64,000 bases of DNA from Bacteroidales bacterium (GTDB taxonomy: Bacteria; Bacteroidota; Bacteroidia; Bacteroidales; JAADJA01). Below the pieces are notes generated by a model that saw only the letters and a program-made list of their open reading frames with translations, did no database searches and was not told where the DNA came from. The stretch is taken from contig JBLRXC010000001.1 in the NCBI GenBank assembly GCA_047920975.1, positions 12,220-76,219 of the forward strand. The letters are read 5' to 3'. Of the stretch, positions 54,063-63,292 are shown in pieces. Position numbers and translations under genes: made by a program. The first letter of the stretch is position 1, and the number at the start of each line of letters is the position of its first letter.

Positions 54063-55469
54063 ATGAAAAAAGCATTACCGCTCCTTTTGGCACTGTGCAT
54101 CAACCAGATTGCCTTTTCACAAAATGCCTACTTTGATGTCCGATTCTTCTTAGAAGGCCCATATCAAAACGGCCAGATGGCCACAACCCTGAATTCAACA
54201 GGAAATTTACCACTCAATCAGCCTTTCAGTGGTCCTCCCTGGAATTATGAAGGATTGGAGAGTGTAGCGACAATTCCTAATAGCACAATTGTTGACTGGG
54301 TTTTGGTGGATCTGGTCAAAATTTACTGGAACAGCGATGTGCCTGTTCTTGAATTGCTGCATCGGGAAGCATGTTTCCTAAAGAACAACGGTCAGCTTAC
54401 AGCTCTCAGCGGATCATTCTATCCACTGTTTCAATTTTTGGACAACCCTCCGCCTTTTCATCTGAGGATACATCACCGGAATCACCTGAGCATTCTTTCT
54501 TCGGATGTCGTACCGCAGGTGTCCGGGGTGTATACCTGGTATTTTTCAGAGGATGCCACCAGCGCGATGGGAGGTGAATTATCCCAAAAAGAGGTCGCTC
54601 CCGGCGTGTGGGTGATGATCGCGGCAGATGCCAATACCAGTGAACAAGTTGACAATACTGACAAAAATGAAGTCTGGTTGCCTGATCTGTCCTTGTCAGG
54701 TTACCATCCGGGCGACTTCAATATGGATTCTTATGTGGATTATACCGATAAATTCTTATTCTGGAAGGAGAATGCCGGCAGGAGCGCCATAGCCACCCGG
54801 GACTCCATTTTCCTTCCACCGGATTGTCCCGATCAGGTCGTTGATGTTGAAGGAAATGTTTATGCTACAGTGATGATAGCAGACAGATGCTGGATGAAGG
54901 AAAATTTGCGGACTGTGCATTATAAAAATGGAACACCCATAACGAATGTTTCTGATGGCACTGCCTGGGCAAACCTCACTACCGAAGCTTACGCCTGGTT
55001 TGGGAATGACAGCACCTGGAAAGACGAATACGGCCCATTGTACAATTGGTGGGTTGTTGCTGATCCGAATGGTCTCTGTCCTGAGGGATGGAAAATGCCG
55101 GTAAATAGCGACTGGATAGCCCTCTCCGATCTGGCTGGTGGAACCTCATCGCCCAATGGCAACAAGCTGAAATCCTGTCGGCAGGTCAATTCGCCTTTTG
55201 GTGGTTTATGCAACACATCGGTGCACCCCAGGTGGGATTATAGCAGTCTGCACCATGGGACAGATGATTTCGGCATTTCCGCCCTCCCGGGTGGTTATCG
55301 TGGATGGAGTGGAGATTTCTATGATGTAGGTAAATATGGCGGTTGGTGGTCAGCTACGGAAGATTGGAATTCTGCCTATTCGCGTATGCTGGATTATTCA
55401 GTAGGCTACATTATTGCGAATGCCGTCAATAAACGTTTTGGCCTGAGCGTAAGGTGCATAAAAGAATGA
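54063..55469 (+). CDS. Secreted protein with a C-terminal FISUMP (Fibrobacter succinogenes major paralogous) domain
   Basis: 468 aa with a signal peptide. C-terminal third: VVDVEGNVYATVMIADRCWMKENL...GPLYNWW...CPEGWKMPVNSDW...GGYRG...GGWWSATE...FGLSVRCIKE. Confidence 0.8.
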   Translation: MKKALPLLLALCINQIAFSQNAYFDVRFFLEGPYQNGQMATTLNSTGNLPLNQPFSGPPWNYEGLESVATIPNSTIVDWVLVDLVKIYWNSDVPVLELLHREACFLKNNGQLTALSGSFYPLFQFLDNPPPFHLRIHHRNHLSILSSDVVPQVSGVYTWYFSEDATSAMGGELSQKEVAPGVWVMIAADANTSEQVDNTDKNEVWLPDLSLSGYHPGDFNMDSYVDYTDKFLFWKENAGRSAIATRDSIFLPPDCPDQVVDVEGNVYATVMIADRCWMKENLRTVHYKNGTPITNVSDGTAWANLTTEAYAWFGNDSTWKDEYGPLYNWWVVADPNGLCPEGWKMPVNSDWIALSDLAGGTSSPNGNKLKSCRQVNSPFGGLCNTSVHPRWDYSSLHHGTDDFGISALPGGYRGWSGDFYDVGKYGGWWSATEDWNSAYSRMLDYSVGYIIANAVNKRFGLSVRCIKE

Positions 55470-55554
55470 GTGTCCTTTATCCGTTTTCTCCTGATCAAGG
55501 GTCTTTTAACGGTATTTTATCATCGGTCGAAATAATTACTAAAAATCACTTAAC

Positions 55555-56082
55555 ATGAAAACCCTCACTATACTTATTATTTTATTAGTAGCTTCCTCTG
55601 ATTCATGCAGAGAGCCCAAAGCAGCCGGAACACGGGTAAAAGAAGTTATGACGGCATCCTCGACAATAACCTTGGATTCAACGAACGGTTACTTCACAAT
55701 GATCCGGGCCACATCGCAGGAGTGGGTAGCAGGGATCAGAGGAGGTGGCAGGGGAACCGATTATTCTTTCAGGTTGGAGATCACCACAGACAAGGAACTG
55801 CAATTTGACACTGTCTGGATGAAGAATCGGGCTTATCCTCTTTTTGTTACCAAAGACAAACCAGGTGATCCATCACAGCCTGGTGTATTTTCGAAAGGCG
55901 ATGTGATTGTACTCACCGCTTCTGATGTGGAATATGAGCAGGATCAAAGTCAGGGGTATATTGAGCAGTCTCCGCCTCAGAGATTTGATGGGGAGGCATT
56001 GATCGGATTCAGGGTGGATGGGAATAGAATGTTTTTTATTATTCAGGAGATTGAAGTCCTTGAGCCATCATACCGGCCTTGA
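55555..56082 (+). CDS. Hypothetical secreted protein or lipoprotein
   Basis: 175 aa with signal peptide LIILLVASSDSC. I recognise no motif. Confidence 0.5.
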   Translation: MKTLTILIILLVASSDSCREPKAAGTRVKEVMTASSTITLDSTNGYFTMIRATSQEWVAGIRGGGRGTDYSFRLEITTDKELQFDTVWMKNRAYPLFVTKDKPGDPSQPGVFSKGDVIVLTASDVEYEQDQSQGYIEQSPPQRFDGEALIGFRVDGNRMFFIIQEIEVLEPSYRP

Positions 56083-56157
56083 TTTTTTTTCTTCAAATCA
56101 TAATATTACGAAGGCTACGGGCCATATCGGTAAGAACTCAAAAAAAGACCAGGCAGG

Positions 56158-56188
56158 AAAAAAAGCCCCACTGAATGTGTGAGGCTTT
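56158..56188 (-). terminator. Rho-independent terminator retained downstream of the pseudogene
   Basis: On the minus strand: aaagccucac-acauuca-guggggcuuu (10 bp including one G-U pair) followed by a U-run. It begins 10 nt after the stop at 56198. Confidence 0.6.
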
Positions 56189-56197
56189 ATTCGATGT

Positions 56198-56722
56198 TTA
56201 TTTTTTAAGGTTGTGTTTCTCCACAAATTCACCAATGATCTCATCCAGGTTGGGATAGCCAATCTCCTGCAGATCTTAATACACCCGTGTGTTGGGTTTA
56301 TTGATTTTGATCAGTCTGTTGAGGTCAATGGGTGTACCAATTACAACGGATTCACACTGCGTGTTGTTGATGGTTGTCTCCAGGTCTTTCAATTACTGTT
56401 CACTGTAGCCCATCGCCGGCAGCAAAGTGCCGATATTGGGATAGATTTTGAATGTTTCTGACAATTTTCCAACTTTGTAGGGTCCTGGATCCACCAGTTC
56501 GGCAGCACCAAATTTCCGGGTGGCAACCGTTCCGGCACCGATTTTCATTTCACCGTGGGTAAGTGTCGGTCCATCTTCCACCACATGTACCTTTTTGCCC
56601 TTGATCACCGAAGGATTATCCACCTTGATAGGCGAAGCGCCATCAACAACGATTGCTTTAGGGGCAACCTTTGCAATGGATTCTCTGACAATCTGAATAC
56701 CTTCTGGTCCGGCAGTATCCAT
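56198..56722 (-). pseudogene. 5'-truncated, doubly nonsense-mutated remnant of a P-loop GTPase (cyclic-2,3-diphosphoglycerate-synthetase-like family)
   Basis: Only the C-terminal ~174 codons remain, starting at the NKxD motif (NKMDTAGPE...HVVEDGPTLTHGEMKIGAG...GTLLPAMGYSEQ). The frame continues through TAA at 56393..56395 (*LKDLETTINNTQCESVVIGTPIDL...NTRVY) and TAA at 56276..56278 (*DLQEIGYPNLDEIIGEFVEKHNLKK) to the stop at 56198..56200. Confidence 0.8.
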
Positions 56723-56764
56723 TTTGTTGCCGTAGATTTTGCGCGGAAAGAATTTTCAGTCTTG
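56723..56764. repeat. 42-nt repeat core, copy B (tttgttgCcgtagattttgcgcggaaagaattttcagtcttg)
   Basis: 41 of 42 nt identical to 18590..18631. It abuts the truncation point of the pseudogene. It is followed by palindrome tccggca-tg-tgccgga (56765..56780) and pairings gtcttg/caagac and cttcttttgt/acaaaagaag (to 56833). Confidence 0.9.
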
Positions 56765-56897
56765 TCCGGCATGTGCCGGATTGCTTCTTTTGTGCCTGTG
56801 CTGAGTGAAACCGAAGCATCAAGACAAAAGAAGAAGTCATTTAATTCTAAAAATATGTATCTCCAAAACCTTACATGTATAAATTGGTGATGGATGG

Positions 56898-58121
56898 TTA
56901 CGAAAATGACAGTATTGACTTTTTGATCAGGCTGCAGGCTTCCCGCAGTTGTTCTTCTGAAATAACAAGAGGCGGTGCAAACCGGATGATATGCCCATGT
57001 GTGGGTTTGGCCAGCACACCATTGTCTCTCATTTCAAGGCATACATCCCATGCCTCTTTGCCGTTCATCGGTTTGATCACGACAGCATTGAGGAGGCCTT
57101 TCCCGCGCACCAGTTCGATCATCGGAGAGTTAATTTTCCGCATCTCTTCACGGAATATCTTACCAAGATATTCGGAACGCTCTGCCAGTTTTTCATCCCT
57201 TACCACTTCCAGCGCTGCCACGGCAACCTTTGCGGCAACGGGGTTTCCTCCGAAAGTAGATCCGTGCTCTCCCGGCTTGATGCACAGCATGATATCATCG
57301 TCAGCCAATACTGCCGAAACAGGATATACACCCCCGGAAAGGGCTTTGCCAAGGATGACAATATCCGGACGAACCTCTTCATGGTCGCAGGCCAACAGTT
57401 TCCCGGTACGGGCGATACCTGTCTGAACCTCATCGGCGATGAAAAGGACATTCTTTGCTTTACACATGGTGTATGCCTTCTTCAGATAGCCTTCATCGGG
57501 AACAAACACGCCTGCTTCACCCTGGATTGGTTCAACCAGGAAACCTGCTACATGCGGATCTTTCAGGGCTTCCTCAAGCGCTTTCAGATCGTTGTACGGG
57601 ATAGTGATAAACCCTGGGGTATAGGGACCAAAATCTTTCCGGGCAACCGGGTCGGTTGACATGGAGATGATGGTAATGGTTCTGCCATGAAAATTCTGAT
57701 CACAAACAATGATTTTGGCCTGGTTTTCAGGCACTCCTTTTTTTAAATAGGCCCATTTCCGGCAAAGCTTCAGCGCTGTTTCGTCGGCTTCTGCACCCGT
57801 GTTCATCGGGAGTACTTTATCATACCCGAAAAACCGGGTAATAAATTTTTCGTAAGGGCCTAAAGCATCATTGTAAAAAGCACGTGAAGTCAGGGTGAGT
57901 GTATTGGCCTGATCTGTGAGTGCCTGAATAATTTTTGGGTGGCAATGCCCCTGATTTACAGCTGAGTAAGCCGAAAGAAAATCAAAATATTTTTTCCCTT
58001 CCACGTCCCACATAAACGGGCCCTCTCCGCGCGCGAGCACAACCGGCAACGGGTGGTAATTGTGTGCTCCGTACTTATCTTCCAGTTGCATAATTGCGGC
58101 TGATGTCATTGTATCTTGCAT
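56898..58121 (-). CDS. rocD: Ornithine--oxo-acid aminotransferase
   Basis: 407 aa class-III aminotransferase. [50 protein letters not shown]. Confidence 0.9.
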   Translation of the reverse strand: MQDTMTSAAIMQLEDKYGAHNYHPLPVVLARGEGPFMWDVEGKKYFDFLSAYSAVNQGHCHPKIIQALTDQANTLTLTSRAFYNDALGPYEKFITRFFGYDKVLPMNTGAEADETALKLCRKWAYLKKGVPENQAKIIVCDQNFHGRTITIISMSTDPVARKDFGPYTPGFITIPYNDLKALEEALKDPHVAGFLVEPIQGEAGVFVPDEGYLKKAYTMCKAKNVLFIADEVQTGIARTGKLLACDHEEVRPDIVILGKALSGGVYPVSAVLADDDIMLCIKPGEHGSTFGGNPVAAKVAVAALEVVRDEKLAERSEYLGKIFREEMRKINSPMIELVRGKGLLNAVVIKPMNGKEAWDVCLEMRDNGVLAKPTHGHIIRFAPPLVISEEQLREACSLIKKSILSFS

Positions 58122-58343
58122 GATATTAACTATTTAAGCGATTTTTTGTGCAAAGGTATAACATATACCCTATCTGCAAAATTTTTAGAGCAATTCCTTC
58201 TATTTTTATTTAGATTGCAGATGAATTAGTTTTGTAAGTTCCTAAAAATAGGAGTCATACTCAATTTTCTGTTTTTTTTCTTTTCGCGCATGTAATTGTT
58301 TATACATTTGCACAGTGTTTTTATAACTTTTAATTTATTGGTT

Positions 58344-58514
58344 ATGGCTTACGTAATAAATGATGATTGTACCGCATGTGGTACTTGTCTTGATGAATGT
58401 CCGGTTGATGCTATTTCTGAGGGTGATATCTATGTGATTGATCCTGATATCTGCACCGATTGCGGTGCCTGTGCTGATGTGTGTCCCGTGGAGGCAATTC
58501 ATCCGGCCGAATAG
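58344..58514 (+). CDS. 2x[4Fe-4S] ferredoxin
   Basis: The ATG at 58344 gives a 56-aa protein with CTACGTCLDECP and CTDCGACADVCP. Confidence 0.9.
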   Translation: MAYVINDDCTACGTCLDECPVDAISEGDIYVIDPDICTDCGACADVCPVEAIHPAE

Positions 58515-58540
58515 CACCGGATCATCCGACTCATAAAGAA

Positions 58541-58574
58541 AGAGACTGTCTCCTAAGGGCAGTCTCTTTTTTTT
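58541..58574. terminator. Bidirectional rho-independent terminator shared by the ferredoxin and flavodoxin genes
   Basis: A-rich run, stem agagactg/cagtctct with an 11-nt loop, then a T7 run. It overlaps the flavodoxin stop codon. Confidence 0.7.
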
Positions 58575-59076
58575 ATTGAAACTCTTTTTTGAGCTGTGTA
58601 ACCCATTTTTTAACCCGTTCTGCTGTTTTATCGGATTGCTGATCCTGATCAATGGCGAGACCAACAAATTTTCCATCTTTTTCGGCAGAGGAAAAGTAGT
58701 ACTGATAACCCCTGGTTGAAGTAAATCCAACAATATTTTCCTTATCGGGTAACCGGCAGTAAAGGGTTCCCAATGCATCCACAAAACTACCCGGGTATTC
58801 AACCTGATCGCCAAGTCCGAAGAGGGCAATCCGTTTTTTTGACAGGTCAAGTTCAACAAGTTCCTCGATGAACATTTCCCAGTCATCCTGCATATCACCA
58901 ATCCCCCAGGCTGAGGTTCCAAAAATCAGGTTATCATAGGCCAGAACATCTTCCGGTTTTATGTTTTTTATATCAAAAATATCAAGAGATTTAGCAGTGA
59001 ACTCTTTTTGAATGAGTTCAGACACCTTTTTTGTTTTTCCGTGTGTGGTTCCGTAGAACAATCCTATTTTCTTCAT
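58573..59076 (-). CDS. fldA: Flavodoxin
   Basis: The ATG at 59076 gives MKKIGLFYGTTHGKTKKVSELI (FMN phosphate loop), then GTSAWGIGDMQDDW. Confidence 0.85.
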   Translation of the reverse strand: MKKIGLFYGTTHGKTKKVSELIQKEFTAKSLDIFDIKNIKPEDVLAYDNLIFGTSAWGIGDMQDDWEMFIEELVELDLSKKRIALFGLGDQVEYPGSFVDALGTLYCRLPDKENIVGFTSTRGYQYYFSSAEKDGKFVGLAIDQDQQSDKTAERVKKWVTQLKKEFQ

Positions 59077-59127
59077 TGTTGTTTTTTGATTTGAATTCGA
59101 TTGCAAAATTAGGAAATTTGGTTCAGG

Positions 59128-59928
59128 TTATCGGGGAAGACGCCATGCAAATCCTGCGTTCAGCATCAGCCGTGTCACCTCACTATCAAGTCCCCACCCG
59201 GCTGTAACATCCACCTGAAAATTGTTTGCGATCAGATAGGTCAGGCCACCATTGAGCCTGTGGTTGGGATGATCGCCGTTGTCAAAATTCCCGTAAGCCT
59301 CAGCAAATGACCATAGATTATCAGTAATCAGGTATCCCAGGCTGCCTGTATAGATAAAAAACCCATCAGGATTTTCGCCATTGTAAGCGAAACCAAAATT
59401 GTATCCCAGCGACCACCGTTTGCCCAGTGAATGTGAAGCAATAAATAGTCCCACAGGATAACTGTATGTAGGTGCAAAATCCTCGCCTCCCAAATGACGA
59501 AAAGTGATGGATCCGGCTATGGCCATCTGGGGCCTGATTCCTTTTTCATCAGCAATCCTGACCTTGAAGGCGGCTGAAACCGGTCCAAAGCCCTCCATGG
59601 TTGATATTGATCCGTCATTAAGTTCTTTCTCAGTCCAGTGCTCATAGGAGGAATTGATACTCACTTCAAAATGGTCATATACCCCGTACCGAAGGTTGGT
59701 TGTCGCAATACTCCATTTTTCCCAGTTCCGTGTTTGGTCTTTGCGATCCACAAAGATGGCACCCGATTCGAGTTGAAAAAATCCTTTTTCAACAGTGAAT
59801 GGTGAGAGTCCCTGAGTCGGCCTGTCTGTATTTATTCCCGGAATCGGATCCGTTTGTGCAAAAACGATCCGGGTCATAATGATGGCACCGGTAAACATCA
59901 GAAGGATACAGGTTGTCAGTTTTTTCAT
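59128..59928 (-). CDS. Outer-membrane beta-barrel 'transporter' (MetA-pathway-of-phenol-degradation-like family)
   Basis: 266 aa with a signal peptide, TDRPTQG near the N-terminus, an alternating beta pattern and a terminal aromatic region (AGFAWRLPR). The family is assigned from memory. Confidence 0.55.
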   Translation of the reverse strand: MKKLTTCILLMFTGAIIMTRIVFAQTDPIPGINTDRPTQGLSPFTVEKGFFQLESGAIFVDRKDQTRNWEKWSIATTNLRYGVYDHFEVSINSSYEHWTEKELNDGSISTMEGFGPVSAAFKVRIADEKGIRPQMAIAGSITFRHLGGEDFAPTYSYPVGLFIASHSLGKRWSLGYNFGFAYNGENPDGFFIYTGSLGYLITDNLWSFAEAYGNFDNGDHPNHRLNGGLTYLIANNFQVDVTAGWGLDSEVTRLMLNAGFAWRLPR

Positions 59929-59937
59929 GCTGTGGAG

Positions 59938-60753
59938 TTATATAAACATTAATAAACTAAATGCCATTACAATCATTCCGCCCATCAATCCATAGACCGA
60001 CAGGTGTGGTTCGCCATATTCCCTTGCAGCAGGCAGCAACTCATCAAGTGATATAAAAACCATGATACCGGCTACTGCTGCAAATAAAATCCCCATCAAA
60101 ACCGGGCTGAGAAATGGCATCAGGATAAGGTATCCAACCAGCGCTCCAACCGGTTCAGCAAGGCCTGATAAAAAAGAAAGTGTAAAGGCTTTTCGCCTGC
60201 TGCCGGTGGCATAATAAATCGGAACTGAAACAGCAATCCCTTCAGGTATGTTATGAATGGCAATGGCAACGGCAATGGCTATGCCAAGGTTCGGGTCGTG
60301 AAGGGCTGCAATAAAAGTGGCAAGACCTTCCGGGAAATTGTGAATGGCAATAGCCAAGGCTGTCATCAGTCCCATGCGCATCAGCCTGGGATTTTTTCCA
60401 TTCACCTTTTTTTTCATGTCTTCCACCAGTCTGATTTCATGCGGGTTTTCCACTTCAGGAACAAGTCTGTCGATGACTGCAATCAGTAAAAACCCGGCGA
60501 AAAATGCAGCAACCGTTATCCAGTGTCCCTCTTTCATCCCTAAATCGAGCATCAGCTGATCACGGGCTTTGACCATGATTTCAACAAAGGCAACATAAAT
60601 CATAACCCCGGCTGAGAAACCAAGAGAAACAGCAAGGAATTTGGTATTGGTGTGCCGGGCAAAAAAAGCAATGGCACTGCCGATTCCCGTTGAAAGACCT
60701 GCAAAAAGGGTCAGACCAAAGGCAAACAGTATGACGGGAAACTCATGACTCAT
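59938..60753 (-). CDS. zupT: ZIP-family zinc transporter ZupT
   Basis: 271 aa. Repeated [12 protein letters not shown] and [13 protein letters not shown] motifs. Confidence 0.9.
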   Translation of the reverse strand: MSHEFPVILFAFGLTLFAGLSTGIGSAIAFFARHTNTKFLAVSLGFSAGVMIYVAFVEIMVKARDQLMLDLGMKEGHWITVAAFFAGFLLIAVIDRLVPEVENPHEIRLVEDMKKKVNGKNPRLMRMGLMTALAIAIHNFPEGLATFIAALHDPNLGIAIAVAIAIHNIPEGIAVSVPIYYATGSRRKAFTLSFLSGLAEPVGALVGYLILMPFLSPVLMGILFAAVAGIMVFISLDELLPAAREYGEPHLSVYGLMGGMIVMAFSLLMFI

Positions 60754-60804
60754 AAAATTGATATAAGATTCGGTGAAGCAGGATTGGTTTTCGGAAATAA
60801 TTCT

Positions 60805-61008
60805 TTAGACATAATGTTCATAATCATTCCTGTCGGTTACGATCATTGTTTTACGGATTTGAACTTTCTCTAATATTTCCATTTTTTTGGTATCGGTCAT
60901 AAAGATCCAACCGGTGATCTCCTCCATAGACCTGTAACAGCCTTCACAAATTCCATTTTTGTCATATTTGCAAATCTGGATGCAGGGGCTTTTGACCTCA
61001 TTCCTCAT
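60805..61008 (-). CDS. DUF1289 small Cys-motif protein
   Basis: SPCIQICKYDKNGICEGCYRSMEEITGW. The ATG at 61008 forms an ATGA overlap with the upstream methyltransferase stop. The ORF track offers an alternative start at 61029. Confidence 0.7.
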   Translation of the reverse strand: MRNEVKSPCIQICKYDKNGICEGCYRSMEEITGWIFMTDTKKMEILEKVQIRKTMIVTDRNDYEHYV

Positions 61009-61598
61009 GGTTTTCTTTTCATCAGGCATATCCAGATTTTTGAAGGTATTTCATCATTTGAGTCGAACCGGCCCTGAACCATGGACAGTATCTCAAAAAA
61101 AGGTTCAACAGCTTTTGTTATTTCAGAAGCCCTGCGCTTTGGTGGTCCCACATCGAGCCTGCCGTCATCGTAATTCCCGATCAGTGAGAGCCATCGTCCG
61201 CCGGCTTCAAGGATTTCACTGACCCTGGCAGCAAATTTCTTTCGCTTTTTTTTCCTGTCAAAGGTATGAAAACATCCCCTGTCGAAAACGAAACTGAAGG
61301 GATGGCCGGGTATTTCTTCCGAAAGAAAATCAGCAGCATAAAAGTCTGCAACAATATTTTCTGATTCCGCCTTATTGCGGGCCATTCCGATGGCAGTCTC
61401 AGAAAGATCAACACCGGTCATGTTAAATCCATTTTTGCTCAGCCAGATCACATTGTCACCTGTGCCACAACCAATATCAAGGGCTTTTCCGGGTCTTATG
61501 TCAAAGGCCTCAATTGCATTGACCAGGTTATAATCCGGCCGTTTGATATCCCATGGCAGGTCTCCTGTTTTATATCTGTTCTCGAATCGCTTCTTCAT
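61005..61598 (-). CDS. Class I SAM-dependent methyltransferase (TPMT-like)
   Basis: 197 aa. ALDIGCGTGDNVIWLSKNGFNMTGVDLSETAI. Confidence 0.8.
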   Translation of the reverse strand: MKKRFENRYKTGDLPWDIKRPDYNLVNAIEAFDIRPGKALDIGCGTGDNVIWLSKNGFNMTGVDLSETAIGMARNKAESENIVADFYAADFLSEEIPGHPFSFVFDRGCFHTFDRKKKRKKFAARVSEILEAGGRWLSLIGNYDDGRLDVGPPKRRASEITKAVEPFFEILSMVQGRFDSNDEIPSKIWICLMKRKP

Positions 61599-62400
61599 TA
61601 TTTTCTTCTATGTTCCGGAATTTTTCCATAAAGTTTTTAACCCTGTCAGGGTCCATCCTGTTAGTTGCCAATCCATTTTCCTTAAAATAGCTGCCAACAA
61701 TGAACCCATCAACGATGGAATATAAGTCCTGAAGGTTTTCCGGGTTTGTTCCGCTCCCAATGAAAACAGGCAACCGGGATATTTGTTTAACCCTTCTTGC
61801 TTCTCCGGGATTTGTTGCTCCTCCTGTAAAATCACCCGTTACAATGAGTGCATCGGCTGATCCCCTCTCTGCCAGATCTCTGGCCTCAAGCTCAATCCCT
61901 CTGTCAACAAGGGGCCTGGAGTGTTTTACATGGACATCGGCGAATATAAGAATACGGGCGCCCAGGTTCTTCCTCAACCGGATAGTTTGATGCGCTTCTC
62001 CCGCGATGATTCCCTGGTCGGTAATGGCTGCACCTGTGTGTATATTCACCCTGATAAAATCGGCTTCGGCTGCCAGGGCAATGGAAAGGGCCGCCGTTGC
62101 GTCATTCCGCAAGGCATTTACTCCTACAGGCGCCTTAAAAACTTTTCTGATCTCCCTGGTCACGGTAGCCATGGCAGCAATGGTTTCAGGAGGAACCCTG
62201 CCGGGATAGAACGGATTGTCCCTGAAATTTTCAACAATCAGTCCGTCAAGCTTGTTTTTAAGCAAAATGTTCGTCTCTTCCAGGGCTGATTCGTAAATCT
62301 TCTGCATATTCCCACCGTATCCTGGTGATCCCGGAAGCGATAGCAGGTGAATACAGCCAATGACCGGTTTTGAAGTCCCGAAAATTTCTTTTGTGTTCAT
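61570..62400 (-). CDS. BtpA/SgcQ-family TIM-barrel protein
   Basis: 276 aa. PVIGCIHLLSLPGSPGY, GLIVENFRDNPF, VGVNALRND, FIRVN. Confidence 0.8.
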   Translation of the reverse strand: MNTKEIFGTSKPVIGCIHLLSLPGSPGYGGNMQKIYESALEETNILLKNKLDGLIVENFRDNPFYPGRVPPETIAAMATVTREIRKVFKAPVGVNALRNDATAALSIALAAEADFIRVNIHTGAAITDQGIIAGEAHQTIRLRKNLGARILIFADVHVKHSRPLVDRGIELEARDLAERGSADALIVTGDFTGGATNPGEARRVKQISRLPVFIGSGTNPENLQDLYSIVDGFIVGSYFKENGLATNRMDPDRVKNFMEKFRNIEENNEEAIREQI

Positions 62401-62403
62401 TGA

Positions 62404-63273
62404 TTATGCTTGTTTTCCTGATATATAGGGATAAACGGCTGTAAAATCTTTTTCCCCAAGGCCAGCCTTTCTGGCAAGCGCAAATATCTCTTTGATCACA
62501 TTGGTTCCGGGCAGTGCAATTCCATGCTCGTAGGCTGTCTGTGCGGCAAGTTGCAGATCCTTTTGAAGCCATTGCAAGGGAAATTCAGGGTTGAAATTGC
62601 CATTTATAATTTTCTCCTTTTTGAGGCCAACCATTGGAGGAGCAACGGGAGAGCCTTCCATGAGGTCAAAAATCTGTTCCTTTTGAATGCCAAGAGACTC
62701 GCCCAAGAGCAAACCTTCAATAAACCCATACATCGCAAGCCCCATGACCAGATTGTTGACAAGTTTCATGGAAGAACCCTTGCCATGATCCCCAACGTGG
62801 ATGACTTTTTTACCCATTGCACCAAAAAGTGGTTTGCAATAATTAACGATGGATTTTTTCCCACCTACCAGAAATACAAGCTCTCCGCTTTCAGCCGGTG
62901 CCAGAGATCCGGCAACGGGGGCGTCCAAAAAATTAAACCCGAGTTCTTCGGTTATTTCAGCCATTTGCATGGAGAAAGAGGGGTTGACAGTGGAGCAGTT
63001 TACCCAAACGGAACCTTTTTTCATGGAATGCAGGAAACCTCCCTCACCCAGCGCAAGTTCCTGTACCACTTCGGGTGTTGAAACCATGGTAATGATGACA
63101 TCTGATTTAATGGCCAGTACCGCTGGTGATGACTCAAGGGATGATTTTTCCGAAACCAAAGATTGCGCTTTAACAGCAGTGCGGTTGTAAAGGTGAAGCG
63201 GGTATCCTGCCTTGATCAGGTTAGCAGCCATTCTGCTGCCCATGATGCCCAGTCCGATAAATCCTATTTTCAT
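62404..63273 (-). CDS. NAD(P)-dependent oxidoreductase, 3-hydroxyisobutyrate / tartronate-semialdehyde reductase family
   Basis: The ATG at 63273 gives MKIGFIGLGIMGSRMAANL (Rossmann GxGxxG), then DAPVAGS and GSSMKLVNN. Confidence 0.85.
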   Translation of the reverse strand: MKIGFIGLGIMGSRMAANLIKAGYPLHLYNRTAVKAQSLVSEKSSLESSPAVLAIKSDVIITMVSTPEVVQELALGEGGFLHSMKKGSVWVNCSTVNPSFSMQMAEITEELGFNFLDAPVAGSLAPAESGELVFLVGGKKSIVNYCKPLFGAMGKKVIHVGDHGKGSSMKLVNNLVMGLAMYGFIEGLLLGESLGIQKEQIFDLMEGSPVAPPMVGLKKEKIINGNFNPEFPLQWLQKDLQLAAQTAYEHGIALPGTNVIKEIFALARKAGLGEKDFTAVYPYISGKQA

Positions 63274-63292
63274 AATGCTGCGATGTATGAAC

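Noticed and set aside
53819-54136. ORF 53819..54136 (105 aa)
   Set aside because: It reads through the hairpin-repeat cluster (cattgcgagg...atcggaac...) and overlaps the promoter and start of the FISUMP gene, so it is probably not coding.
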